A stretch of 64,000 bases of DNA from assembly GCA_965603825.1 (NCBI GenBank), contig CBFDEM010000050.1, positions 434,001 through 498,000 of the forward strand, written 5' to 3'. This DNA comes from Blepharisma stoltei ATCC 30299. Taxonomy: Eukaryota; Protista; Ciliophora. Shown piece after piece: positions 10,899 to 23,517 of this stretch (positions are counted from its first letter, which is position 1; each line of letters begins with the position of its first letter). The translations under genes and the position numbers were made by a program. The notes under the pieces are model-generated. The model searched no databases and was not told where the DNA came from. It worked only from the letters and a program-made list of their open reading frames with translations.

Positions 10899-13800
10899 TA
10901 AGGAATTAGAACGTTTGCAATTTAAATGGAATAGTTATTACCACATTCCAATTAAAGTACATTTCATAAAAAGCTTTTTACTAAGATTGCCCCTACCTTA
11001 AGCTTTTTTCAAGTTTCAATCAATATTAGCTACTCTTACCTGCTCATTATAACTCTCATCTAAATAATAATTTTGATATTTTATTATAGCCTAAATTATA
11101 TTGTATTTTTATATGAATTATTCCAATTATTTAGCTTTTGTATTAAAATTTATAGTCACTCTGATAAAAATAATATGCACGCATAAGAAATATATTTTAT
11201 GTGCTCTATATAAAATATGCTTTACAATATCTTGAACTTATATGATAATAAAAATTTTTATTAGTGTGACTTATAATTATTAGTAATTCACAATATCAAA
11301 TAATAGATTCTTTATTTATTATATATTTTGAATTAATTATTAGCTATAGATCAAGAAGATAGCCGTTAAAAGATCAATCAACACTGCTCTGTCATCAATA
11401 TTGCTAGTTGTCGTAATTATTATGCTTACCAAGCCCTTACCTTGTTCAGCATCAATACAAGAAGGATTAATTGGGTTGGTATTGCAAGCAGTGAAGAAGC
11501 AATAGTACTTTGTAGCAGGGGCAAGGCCAGAAACTGCAATCGGAGTACTAATTGCTGATGTAACATTGACGCATGTTCCATGTGCAGCTTCAGAATCATG
11601 ATCTAGCCCATCAACAACTTGCCAAGCATAAGTAATTTTGTTTGAATAGTTATTAGAGCAAGATACACATACAAGGCCTACTTGTGAGGAGGTTGCAGCA
11701 AATGTGGCCCCTGAATCATTTACTGTTGAATAAGCTGGGGCAGCTACCCAGGTCGGTACTGTACCACTCGATAGAGAAACAGGAACTCCAAAAGCTGCTG
11801 GAGCAACTCCGAAAAGTGCAGTCAGATCACTAGTGGCTCCATTTTTGTCAAGATTGCTGAGAATAAACTGTGGTGAGTATTTTGGCTTACTTCTATCATA
11901 AATGATTCAATAACTGAACCTTGTATATATAGTCGTTTCTGAGCTTTCTAAAAGTCTTCAAGATCCTGAAGGTGATGATGGGTTAGTGATACCTGCATAA
12001 ATAAGCCAATCAGGGTTAACTCCCATGTTCTTCGCCAAGGATCGTCTAATGCTATCACTCATACTTCCAGAAATGCTTCCCGGAAAAGTAACTGATGTAG
12101 AATATGCAGGCTGGGTTACTGAAGTTGTAAATTCGCAAGATGCAAATGCTGGGGTGCTAATTTTATCGTCAGCATATGCATAAACCTGGTAGGAAGTGCC
12201 ATCCATAAGTCAGTCTAAAATTATTACGAATATCCCATTCGCAGCTTTACTGACAACTGCTTCTGTCCATAGGTTTAGGCAGTGGTTCCTGTGAATTCTC
12301 CTGAAGAAAGAACGAGTATCAGTGTCTTTCGTATGGTCAATATGGGTCTCAGTAGCTTGATAATCAGCTGCAAGTTGTTCTGAGAGACTCAGCAGGCTAG
12401 AGCTTGGAGATACAAGACTTTGTGTCTGTGCCTGAAGATCGGCAAAGTTAAGTATGGGAGCGCCTTGGCATGCAATTCCGAAATAGATAACAGCATTTTT
12501 GCTGTATGCTGTTATTTTAATTTCAGTACCTGTAATAATACTAGAGAAAAGAAATAAATCTGCAGGTGACGAAGAGGAATAAGATGTGACAAATAGGGAT
12601 TGAGAAGTAGGCGCAATGAAAGAATTTGCATCAGTTCCAGTCAGGTAGAAATCAAGTTTAGGTTTCTGGGTGAAATCATAACTAGCATTAATTTTTAGTT
12701 CAAAGTAAAGAGTTTGGGTGTTAGATGTAAATGTAAGCGTGACAGGGTTTATAAAAATCCCTGAAGCTGTAGTACCAAATGATGGAGTAACACTCAAATC
12801 AGATGCTGGAGCGTAAGCAAGTATTACACCAATTGGGATACTTGTGTAGCCCGCATAAAGGGTGGGAATAGTATCAACAATAATTGCAATTTTTTCAACA
12901 GCACTAACTCTAACAGTAACGACCTGAGAAGGATTATAAATGGAATTACTAACTCCATCTTGTAGATTTTCTATTGAAGTCCATCCTATAGAGCAAGTCC
13001 CAGCGGGAGTTCCAGTCGCTACTGACACCCTGAAATATATTACTTCATCCAATTGAAACGCAATTCAATTGTTATAGGGTGAAGTGAGTTTTATACCATT
13101 GGCTATGGTTTGGTCAAGACAATTTACTTTTGGCGTAAGGGTTAATTTTTGCGATCTTAAGCCAATATTCGATGACCCAGAGGTGAGCTTGATTGAAATA
13201 TCGTCACTTTCTGTGCCAGGAATTAGCTTGATAATTTGATTATTTTCAGTTCCACCAATGTCTACTACTGAAGGAAAAGGGTGAGTAGGATCAGTAGGAT
13301 TAGTAGGATCAGTAGGATCAGTAGGATCAGTAGGATTTGTAGGATCAGTCGGATTACTAGGGGTAGTATGATTGTACTTGCTGTATCCTAAATATCCCGA
13401 GTTAAGATTTCCATAAGTCCTCCCTGTAAGGACGTAGTTGGTTCAGTCAACTGCAATTATATCAAATCTGTTAGATCAGTACATATATGAAGGCCCGAAT
13501 GAGGAGCCAGTGATATCCCAGCCCGTATTTCTTGTCAAGCTAGAAGAGGGGTTAGTGACATTAGTTAGCAAAATACGAATTCTGTCTGTTGTGTTGACTA
13601 AAGGGGTGACACCTAATGGAGTTAGACTTACCATATTTCTTACTACTTTGCAGGTGCAATTAGTTGTCCAATTTGCTTCAGTCATAACTGTGGCTGATGT
13701 TTCGTCAAATACCATTAATTTGCAAATTGTATATGATATGGAATTAAATTGCTGAGGGAATGTAATGTTGAAGGTATTAGCAGAGCTAAAGCTTGAAGCT

Positions 13801-15733
13801 GAGTTTTGAGTTAAATAGAAATCAAAATTATAATCAGATGAAGCAGCTAAGGAACTGTTTGAAATAGAAATAGGTTTAAGATTCATGTTGTTCACTGGCA
13901 TAGTAGGGATTATCTTAAGATCTGTAGAAGAAGATAGGCCTTTAAGATTACCAGTTGCGCTATAGTGCCATGCTTTAAAATAGCCCATATTGAAAGGACC
14001 TGGATTTCTTACACCTCTAACAGATAAGTCTAGATACCGTAATTCATCATTTTTTGTACTTTGCACAATGACGAACCAATGGTCTACAGTGCAATTTAAG
14101 GATTGTCCAAGTGCTCTTGAGCTGCATTCAATAAATCAGCTATTTGGATAGTCACGATAGGACTGCTCAGAATCTCCAATATAAGGGTCAAAGTCCCTTG
14201 GAAATTGAATATAAAGATAATCGCCAAAGTTAATTCTATTTAATTCCATCAATATAAGCTCGAAGGTATAAGTTGAGAGCTCTCCAGCAGTTTTAATATC
14301 ATTTTGGCCACTTATGTATATTGTATCCGTATTATATCCTAAAAATTTGACTGAATTTTTACCTATACCAGATGAGCCATCTATAATTTGAATTGAGTTA
14401 GGTCCCCAATAAGCAGAAATTAAAAAGTCTCCTTCTTCGTTTAGACTTGAAAACTTTATTGCGCTATCGAGATAAATATTGATTGTGGTTCCTAAAAGTA
14501 TAGGCTCAGCTAGGTACATAATAATTGTAGAACTATCAGTAACTGTGCAGCTGCTATATATAACATTAGCCCAGCAGTAGTCTTTAATGGTAGCTGATCA
14601 TGCAGGATAAGACCAAGGCATGTCTATAGGGGTTGAAATTTCAAGATAGCTGCCATCAGGAACGTTTTTGTCGAAGTAAAAAGTAAGTAAGATATCAACT
14701 ATCACGTTTCGGCAGTTTGGATATGAATTGATAGTTACATAAGAATTTCCAGGTTTTACAGAAGCAGATGAGGTAATTCGTGTTTGAGATGCTCCAGATG
14801 AATACCAGAATTCGATTTTATCACCTTGGCTGGTTTGAGTTGATAATGAATAAAAGCAGTCTTTTTCAATGGTAGAAGATCAACTATTTGGTGGAGGTTG
14901 AACTCCATTTACCACAATAGTGTATGTCCCAATTTGAAGATCAGCATAAAGACTAGCTGTCAGGGTACTTCCAGAAACTGAATAAGATGCTGGTATTGAG
15001 GATGAGGAGTAGCCTGAGGATGGCCATGACCATGAATTTTCTAAAGCAAATTTAAGGAAACCGCCTTTTGGCACCTTAATTTTAGTAGTGAATTCAAAAT
15101 TCATTGACAGATTAACAGAGTCTGCACTAGCTCCCATAATAGTATCTGAATCAGAATAGCATTTAGGTGTGTTCAAAGCTTCTTCTTTAATGATGATATT
15201 TCCAGAATAAGATTTTGAATATATGCAATCTAATCCTGGCGAATCGGCTGCCACCCATACATTCCAAGTACTTGAGCTAGAGTGATTTGGACTTTGTAGA
15301 TTGGTAACTGCTAGATTATAATCAATCCCACCAGAAGTAGGTGCTGCAGCGCCCCATGATGATCCATAGGCCATAATAAACCCGCCTACTCCATAGTCAC
15401 TTGAAGAGCTTAAATAATATGTCGTAGAGGTAGGCGAAGTTGCCGCTGTTGCTGTGTCAACTACTACAGAATAGGAAGGAACTGAGGAAAAAGTAAATCC
15501 TGCTGATAAACCAATGCCAATCATATAGTTAGACGATATTGCAGCTGCTGAAGTGCTGCTTTTAAGTTTGTTGGATATTGTGATATCTTCTGAAGCTCCA
15601 ATATACCAGGTGGAGGAATCTGAAGTTTTTGCTCCTGCTGAAGAAGATTCAAAAGGTTTAAGACTTGTTTGAATGTCCCAAGATGTATATGAAGATTTAT
15701 AAAGAATTTGTTTGGCCAAAGGATCAGATGGCT
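10899..15733 (-). repeat. Right arm of inverted duplication (partner 1357-6240)
   Basis: See left arm. An extra island of homology at ~15828-15907 matches ~1130-1207. Confidence 0.93.
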
Positions 15734-15907
15734 GGCTAATTATAGATCCCAGTCTCTATTAACAATTTCCGCCCTATTGAAAAAGTCCCCATGCTCAACA
15801 GAAAAATTCTCAATAATTTAATTTAAATGCATAGCTAGCAGTATCAGAAGAACTAGAAGATAAAAAATGGCTATTGATAGTCAAAGCTCCACCATTATCT
15901 GTTACCT
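11340..15907 (-). pseudogene. Surface protein paralogue B, 5'-truncated
   Basis: ORF pieces from ~15733 to the TAA at 11340-11342 stay in one frame with TGA=Trp. The signal peptide and the first ~740 codons are missing. Unrelated filler occupies 15734-15827, followed by a short homologous remnant to 15907. Confidence 0.85.
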
Positions 15908-18900
15908 AAAGAATTTATAGAAATAACGCACCCTAGGTATGTCCAGCCTATTTTCTTGCATTCTCTTTCAGCAGTAACTTTGGAATTAAAGCTCGACTCT
16001 ATAAGAATTTTGAATAAGATCATAAGAGATCAGAAAGGCCTATTGTTCAAAAATATTCTTAACATCTTGACTGCTCAAGCAAATGAGCTTCATAACGTTG
16101 TGAGCTCTAATAAAGTAGAAAATAGTTTGATGCAAGCAACTGCAAGGCTGTTAGAAGATGCTTCACATAAATTTCAACTTACTGGAGAAGAACGTTGGTT
16201 TATTGAATTTTGTGAGCTTGTTTCAGATATTAAAGGTCTAAATCCCCAAGTTATTAGCGATACGGCCCATAAGCTTCTTAGCCAGCCTCCAAATTCTAAC
16301 ATAATTTTTTTTAATATTGAAACTATCATTTTCAGATATTTTGATATAATTCCTATGTCCCAATTTATTTATTGACGGTAATAAAATAATTCAAATTGTG
16401 CTAGATAAGCGAAAAAGATGGACTTTTAGAAACTTTCTTATTCGAATCTTTCAAGACGAACGTTACTTGCAATCTCGGAAAAACTTATGAGTCCAAGCAT
16501 CCTTATATTAGGCAAACAACAAAAGAATATATCCAAATTCCTGGTGCTTCTTTTATTAGTATCATCTTCGATTCAAATTCAAGTCTTGACCCAAGAGATG
16601 CAGCTTTTTCAGCTATGATGAATATGGTAAGAAATTAGTCGAAGAAAAGAAAATTGAAGTCACAATGTCGAGATGGAGAGAAGAACCTTGTGGTAGGAAA
16701 TTCACTTTTTCAGAAGAAGCTTCACAAGTTACCAAAGTAAAAGGAAGTGGATGGGGCAACGCAATTTGGTCTGAAGACTACTCTGATGGTACAGTGAGTA
16801 TCAAATTCAAGATAGAATCTGATGGAAACTCTGAGCATTGGTACATTGGAGTTTATAGGACTGAAAAGGATGTCCATGATTATGACCTAGATGAATACAT
16901 AGGGTGCGAGTGTCCTCATGATGTATGGAGTTGGAAAAGAAGTGGAGAAATTCACAAGAAAGGATGGTCCAAAGATGGGTTCGAAGGATTTAAGAAGGGA
17001 GATGAAATCACAATGTTTATTGATATGAACTTAAGAGAACTGACTTTCTTTAATGGAGCTTTTGAAGTTTTCAAGTTCACAGGGCTTGCTTCTTCAGTCA
17101 CCCCAGTGGTCTGCTTTGGTGCTTTGAATCAAGTCATTACTGTGCTCAGTGTTGAAAGACTCGCTGGGTCAAAAACTCTTTCTGAAAGAAGTTTGGACAT
17201 TATCGGAGACTCAGTCTATTTTTGGTTCCCAGTTCATAAAACTGGTAATATTAAGCATTTATGGGAGAGCAATCAGAATGGAGCTTCACTCAACGCGGAT
17301 AAAACGACTGTCACAAATTCAACAAGTGATAAAACTTACCATGAAACAGAAGCTGAAATGAGACACGGAAAATACTATATCGAAGTCTCTGTTGAATCCA
17401 AAGGATCTGTAGGTGTTGGATTTACCAAGAAGAGCTTGATCAATGCGAATACTATTGAAGGAAATGAACAAACTGTAATTTATTATAGCAATGGAAAAAT
17501 TGGTAACACTGACAGCGCCAGCTATGACCAAAATGACGTCATTGGTAGCTATATCGATTTTGATAAAAATGAAATTGCCTTTTATAAGAATGAAAAATTG
17601 CTAGACACTGTTCAAACTCCTCTTAATATCGAAGACTCAGAAGATTGCTTCAAATTTATTGCTGTCTTAACAGAAGAAAACCAAAACTTATCAATCTGTA
17701 ACACAGGAAAATACCCTGCTGGTGTTGATCTTATGATAATCGACTCTGAGCAAGAAAATAATTTCTGGGGATATAAGTTCACCTTAACACCTATTTTCAA
17801 GGGAAGAAACATCAAACACATTGATTCCTATTTGACCTTTGCATCTGCTGGGGACAGAGAAAATTGGAGAAAAAACTACAAGCCTACTTATTCCAAGTTT
17901 TTCAAAGATGGCATAGCGCAGCAGTTTATTGAATTCATGGATAGATACCTTGATGCCAATTCAATTAGTTTCGATAGTATGCTGAGCAACACTGCATTGA
18001 GTATTTCTCCAGAAGAGTTAATCTTTTATCCAGACTTACAAACATTATCAGAGGCAGAGCTATTTAACTTGAAAAAAATTTTGTTTAACTTCTGCTCAAG
18101 ATTCCAAAATTACTTCTATCTGTTTGATTTGCACACTGAAGCAGACGAGCCAGAAAACTCTCTAATGAAGTTTATTAAGAAGGCTAAGTATTATTTATTA
18201 TCAAAATTCAAGAAAAAAAAATTGAAACCCATCTTTATTAGTCTAAAACTGACTGCAGAATTGACATTACTATTGATAAAGCTAAATCACAAGAACTAAA
18301 AGCTAAAGGGGAAGTTGATCATTCCTCAACTGCTTCAATGTTTAGTCAAATAAGCAGAGACTTGGAAACAGCAGCAAATAAAACTCTTAGACATCCTGAA
18401 AGAATGCTCAAATTTGCATACAACCCAGAAGAAATCCAAGATGATGCAATCAAGTATAATGAATTATTGACAGAACTTTCTAAAGAGCTTCAATCTCCAT
18501 TACTTCCACTTTTGATCCCATCTCAAAATAACGTCCTTAATGTAGGCAATGGGAGAGATAATTGAATGATCAATCCAACGTCCACTCTTCCAGCTCATAT
18601 GTGTCTATTCACCACTCTTGGAAAATTCTTCGGCTCTGCAATCCGTACCGAGAATAGACTGAGACTTTCACTCCCTGTTATTGTATTTAAGCATCTTCTA
18701 CACGAAAACGTCACAACTGAAGATTTAAGAGACTTTGACTTCCCACTCTACAAGTTGTTACATAAATTAAGGAACCTTGAAGCCTATGGAATTACTGCGG
18801 AAAACTTCGGCCAGCACATTTCTGAGAAGTTTATAGTAAAATATGGTGAAGAAGTTGTGGAATTTTGTGAAGATGGAGCCAAAATTGACGTTACTTTTGA

Positions 18901-19414
18901 AAATGTTGGTCAGTATGCTGATCTATTAGAGAAACACAAATTATTTGAAAATCCTAAAGCTTATGATTCTATAAGAAAAGGTATGGCTGCTGTTGTTTCT
19001 ATTGATAAATTGAGCCTATTCACAACTGCTCAACTACGTGAACTCATATGTCTGAATCAAGAAGTCAAATTAGAAGTCTTAGAAGAGAACACGGAAAACG
19101 AGAATTGCAGAAGAACAGATCCGCACATTGAAAACTTCTGGGGAGCAATTAAATCGTTAAAAGAAAGTGAGCTTTCTAAATTTATTGACTATATAGCTAG
19201 AAGGTCTAAGCTTATTGAGTGGAACTGGCCTCATAAATTTACAATAGCTAAGCACAGTAAATCTGGAGCTGTGAATACATTGATTACTATTGTGGACAAT
19301 TTCATATTCAGACTTGAACTACCAGCTTATACAACTCCAGAAATCATGAAAGAGAAGATCATATATGAGATTTCCCACAATAGCAAGTTTGATTCTTTAG
19401 ATGTAAATATTTAA
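15908..19414 (+). pseudogene. 5'-truncated, frameshifted SPRY-SPRY-HECT E3 ubiquitin ligase-like gene
   Basis: Two SPRY-like blocks (WYIGV...GDEITMFIDMNLRELTFF; GKYYIEV...DVIGSYIDFDKNEIAFYKN) and HECT motifs (LLIPSQN...RDN-TGA-MINP, LGKFFGSAIR, HIENFW, LELPAY...EKIIY). Frameshifts occur near 16400, 16600 and the A9 run 18213-18221, with an in-frame TAG at 18239. There is no start codon because the frame begins at the junction with paralogue B. Confidence 0.85.
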
Positions 19415-19640
19415 GATAATTAATGAAAATTAGGTTTAATTCAATATATTATATTTGAAAGCCAAAAGTATTTCTCATCTATATTTTTATTTAAGCTAAG
19501 TGATTGCATTGAATTTCTGAATATAAAATTTAAGGATTTTTCTACCTCTGCAATGTATTAGCATATCCTTAGTCTTTATTCTTGCATTTCTGAATTTAAA
19601 TTTTTCCGAATCTCGCTCTTAAGAGATGGCTTTAATTTTA

Positions 19641-20724
19641 ATAAATATTTATTTATTTTATTATAATCCCTCTCAATAGCTCTTCCACTCATATGCTATT
19701 TTAAGTAGTAAAAATAGTTTTCAATTTTTCTTGCGATTTTTGTTTTTTGTCTGACTGAATCGAATAAAAGTTCAGCTAAACTTGTGGGTCTTTGTCTTTC
19801 ATATAGAATTTATTTCCTCTCATACCTTCATCTTTTTTTCTTCATTTGCTTTCCTTATATGTCCCTTATAAGCTCTTAATGAAATTTTCTGAAATTCTTA
19901 GTGCTTAATTCAATTTTTGCTCAAAAATGCTTTGATATCATCAACACTATACTCTTTATCAAATATAATTTGAGGGATTGGTTGAAAATCCGAAATATTG
20001 CATAATTAGCTTATACTCATCTGATCCCTATAATAAATTGAGTTTTGCTTGCTAGTTCATCAAGAAATTGAGCTAAATCACCATAATAAGCCTACTTTTT
20101 CTAGTTGAGATATACTTTTACAGCATATTTTTCGAAAACTTAGAAATTCATCCTTCAATATAATATCTATTGAGATTATAGTAAAGATAATTTCAGATTC
20201 ATTTTATCTTACAAGGTGCTGATATTTGGCTGTAATCCAATGCGAACTGTCATTTTCTTTATCTTGTCTTTTAACTTTTGTGTGATTTTTCTCTGGGCCG
20301 TTTTCTTGACATCTCTAGAATTCTCTAGTATCTTGATAAGCCTAGTAAACCTTTTTTACCTTCTATCATTGAAACACTTCTAAGCTCTTTTTATTAATTT
20401 AAAGCTTCCTCCCAGCATTTTCTAATTTTTTGGCTTTATGAGCCTTCCGCAGTATTTTAATGCACGATTTTTCCCATTTTACCCAGGTTTTAGCTCATCC
20501 TTATGACCAGCAGAATCTTATAGATTAGCCAAGATTACCATTCTATAATCAATTTCAATACTTCTACCACTCCGCCAGCAAAAAGTCTAATTCCTTCACA
20601 GGATCAAAGATTTATTGTTCAGGCAAAACTTTTATCATCCCTTGCTCTATTTAAGAGGAAATTTGATATCTTGAGCTATTTCAAGTTCAAATAATTAAAA
20701 GAAATTACAAATAGAACTAATGTT
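19641..20724. repeat. Degenerate repeat family X, copy 1 (direct duplicate of 21107-22432)
   Basis: Long collinear matches to 21107-22432 (e.g. CCCATTTTACCCAGGTTTTAGCTCATCCTTATGACCAGCAGAATC). The minus strand looks like decayed Lys/Glu-rich coding sequence. Confidence 0.88.
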
Positions 20725-20725
20725 A

Positions 20726-21091
20726 TCTGCTAATTAAGAGATAAATTTGACTTTGAAAACTTAAATATTTTATAAGGCATTTATCAAATATTATTTGCTT
20801 CCTAATTTCATTTGGTTGCTTGACCTTAGAGATGCCATATACCAAACAATCTGATGCAAAATAATCCAAATATAATTAGAATCTATTAAAATTTTAAATG
20901 TAGGACTTAAAACAATAAAAATCATATCTTATTATATTTTAATAAAAGTGCTTTTATGAGCTAAAAATTTCCAAAAAAATCATTAAAGCTAATCGCCTTA
21001 ATTATTTAAACTTTAATTTATCATAATAGCTATGTCAAATCTTTTGATTCAAACTCAAAATATTATCAAAATTGATCTATCCCTTTTATTA
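20726..21091. repeat. Mosaic spacer: copy of 33663-33868 fused to copy of 36891-37074
   Basis: TCTGCTAATTAAGAGATAA...TTTTAAATGTA matches 33663 onward. AAAAGTGCTTTTA...CTTTTGATTCAAACTCAAA...TTGATCTATCCCTTTTATTAT matches the region just upstream of gene 37116. Confidence 0.85.
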
Positions 21092-21106
21092 TAGTTATAA
21101 TTTTAA

Positions 21107-22432
21107 TAAATATTTATTTATTTTAATTTAATCCCCTCTCAATAGCTTTTCAACTCAAATGCTATCTTAAGCGTTAAGAAAAGTTTTCAAAATTTTTCTT
21201 GCGATTTTATTTTCCTTTCCCTTTCAGTCTCACTAAATCAAATACAAGTTCAGCTAATCTTATGGATCTTTGTCTTTCCCATATAGAATTTTATTTCTCT
21301 CATACCTTTCATCTTTTTCTCTTCATTTGCTTTCTTTATCTGTCCCTTATAAGCTCTTCATGAAATTTTCTGAAATTCTTAGTGCTTATTTCAATTTTGC
21401 TTAAAGATACTTTGATGTCATCAACACTATGCTTTTGAAAATCAGGATAGTTTTGTTTTCTTATACTCTTTATCAAATAAAATTTGAGGGATTGGTTGAA
21501 AATCCCAAATATTATATAATTAGCTTATTCTCATCTGATTGCTATAATAAACTGAGTTTAGCTAGCTAATCCATCAAAGAAATTGAGCTAAATCACTATA
21601 ATAAGCTTACTTTTTCTAGTAGAAATATACTTTTAGAGCATATCTTTCGAAAACTTAGAAATTTATCCTTCAATATAATATCTATTGAGATTGCAGTGCA
21701 AATTCATTTGATCTTATGAGGCGCTGATATTTGGTTGTAGCTTGAAAATATTAATTATATTTTAATCAAAGCCCTAATATCAACTTCTTTTAATATTTAA
21801 CAAACGCAGATGCTTTGAATAGCCTGAGCAAGTATAATCCAGATGTGAACTGTCATTTTCTTTATCTTGTCTTTTTAACTTTTATGTGATTTTTCTCTAA
21901 GCCTTTTTCTTGATATCTCTAGAATTCTCTAGTATTTTGATAAGCCTAGTAAACTTTTTTTACCTTCTTTCATTCAGGTATTTCTAAGCTGTATTTCTAA
22001 TTTAAAGCTTCTTCACAGTATTTTCTAATTTTTTGGCTTTATAATCCTTCCGCAATGTTTTAATACACTATTTTTCCCATTTTACCCAGGTTTTAGCTCA
22101 TCCTTATGACCAGCAGAATCCTATAGATAAGTCAAGATTACAAATCTAAAACCAATTTCTGTACTTCTACCACTCCACCAGCAAAAAGTCTAATTCCTTC
22201 ACAGGATCAAAGATTTGTTGTTCAGGCAAAACTTTTATCATCCCTTTAAAGATCAATAGCAAGTTTTAGACTGTGAGGACAATGATTTTACAGCATTTAA
22301 TTATATGAAAAAGTAGTTTCCAGCTTGATTCCTTAATTTTGAAAGCTTTTTGCTCTATTTAAGAGGAAATTTAATATCTTGAACTATTTCAAGTTCAAAT
22401 AATTAAAAGAAATTACAAATAGAACTAATGTT
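21107..22432. repeat. Degenerate repeat family X, copy 2
   Basis: Direct duplicate of 19641-20724 carrying extra segments at ~21428-21461, 21738-21834 and ~22246-22350. Confidence 0.88.
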
Positions 22433-22589
22433 TTTAGTAAGGATTTTTAGCTTACAGCTTGACTTAATAAAATAAAATTAATACGTATTGATAACACAAT
22501 TGAAGATTTTAAAAGTCGCAAAAAAACTACAGATATTTATTCTAATAAAAATAATTTTGTTTGTATTCCCCAGATAATATAAAAATCTC

Positions 22590-23517
22590 TTATCTCCTAT
22601 TGAAAATATTTACATCGGACAGCGCTCACTCAATTCTTTATTTTTGAGATCAAATTCCACCAGCTCATTCCGTGTTCAAGTGAAATAAATCTTATCCTTA
22701 AATCTGACTGCATGAAACGTCACAATGTGCCTTCCAGAAGTTTTCCTACTTTTTTTGCCATCATCTAATGCTATTGATTTCGCTTTGATAAATATTTCCA
22801 TAGCTCAATAATATATACTCGATTGTCAGCAGAAAAAATAATTTTACTCTGATGATTCATTGAGAATCCTGAATTTTTATAAAAACAATTTTTTGTGATG
22901 TCGTAATAATAAAGCTGTTTGATTAAATTTTGAACTATTAATATACAGCCTTGAAAAGAAATAGAGAGGATAATTGAAACTCACAACGGGAAGAGGAGTT
23001 AGGGTTGCTCATTCTTCTGTTTCTATATTAAATTTAAGTGATACTGAGTCAAAATTACCTCCAAATGCATATATATAGTTATCATAATAAGCTAAACAAG
23101 GTTTTTGTGTCGGAATCCCTGATGCAAGCTGCTTTATGGACTTCTTATAATCAATAATAAAGGCTTCACCTATAGGAGGACGATATACTCCAGGGTCAAA
23201 CCTCCATAAAAGAAAGTTGAGCGATTAGTTGGAATAAGTCCAGAAGAACAGCTTCTTAATATATGAGGAAGTTTAGTTACAATTGATAAGGTTTTTTCTT
23301 CTAAATTTCAATTAAATAACTCATCTGAATCTTCTTTTATATATATGAGTTCATGATTGCCAGATTCGTATAATTTTGTTTTCTTTATAATTGATTCAGC
23401 AGCTTGCTTCAAGTGCTTGGAAGTTGCAATGATTGCACAGAGTTCTCGATGATTGAGAAAGGCCACTCTGCTTTCTCATTAGTTAAATGACATAGAAACT
23501 AGGCAAGCTTCTTTCAT
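22590..23517 (-). pseudogene. Kelch-repeat gene relic with possible N-terminal F-box-like segment
   Basis: Minus strand gives YYDNYIYAFGG...LKFNIETEE-TGA-ATLTPLP (canonical Kelch GG and Trp) and FLNHRELCAIIATSKHLKQAAE at the N-terminus. There is an early in-frame TAA plus frameshifts. Confidence 0.7.

Noticed and set aside
16378-16404. GT...AG 27-mer as an intron rescuing the HECT gene
   Set aside because: Length is atypical for this genome, and further frameshifts and a TAG remain downstream.
19700-19900. Family X as LINE ORF2 linker (RAYKGHIRKA...W...)
   Set aside because: Other copies favour a different frame, and no endonuclease or YADD-type RT motif was found in the family.
22246-22350. 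Third large indel between family X copies as an IES
   Set aside because: Boundaries share only T-rich microhomology, not TA repeats.
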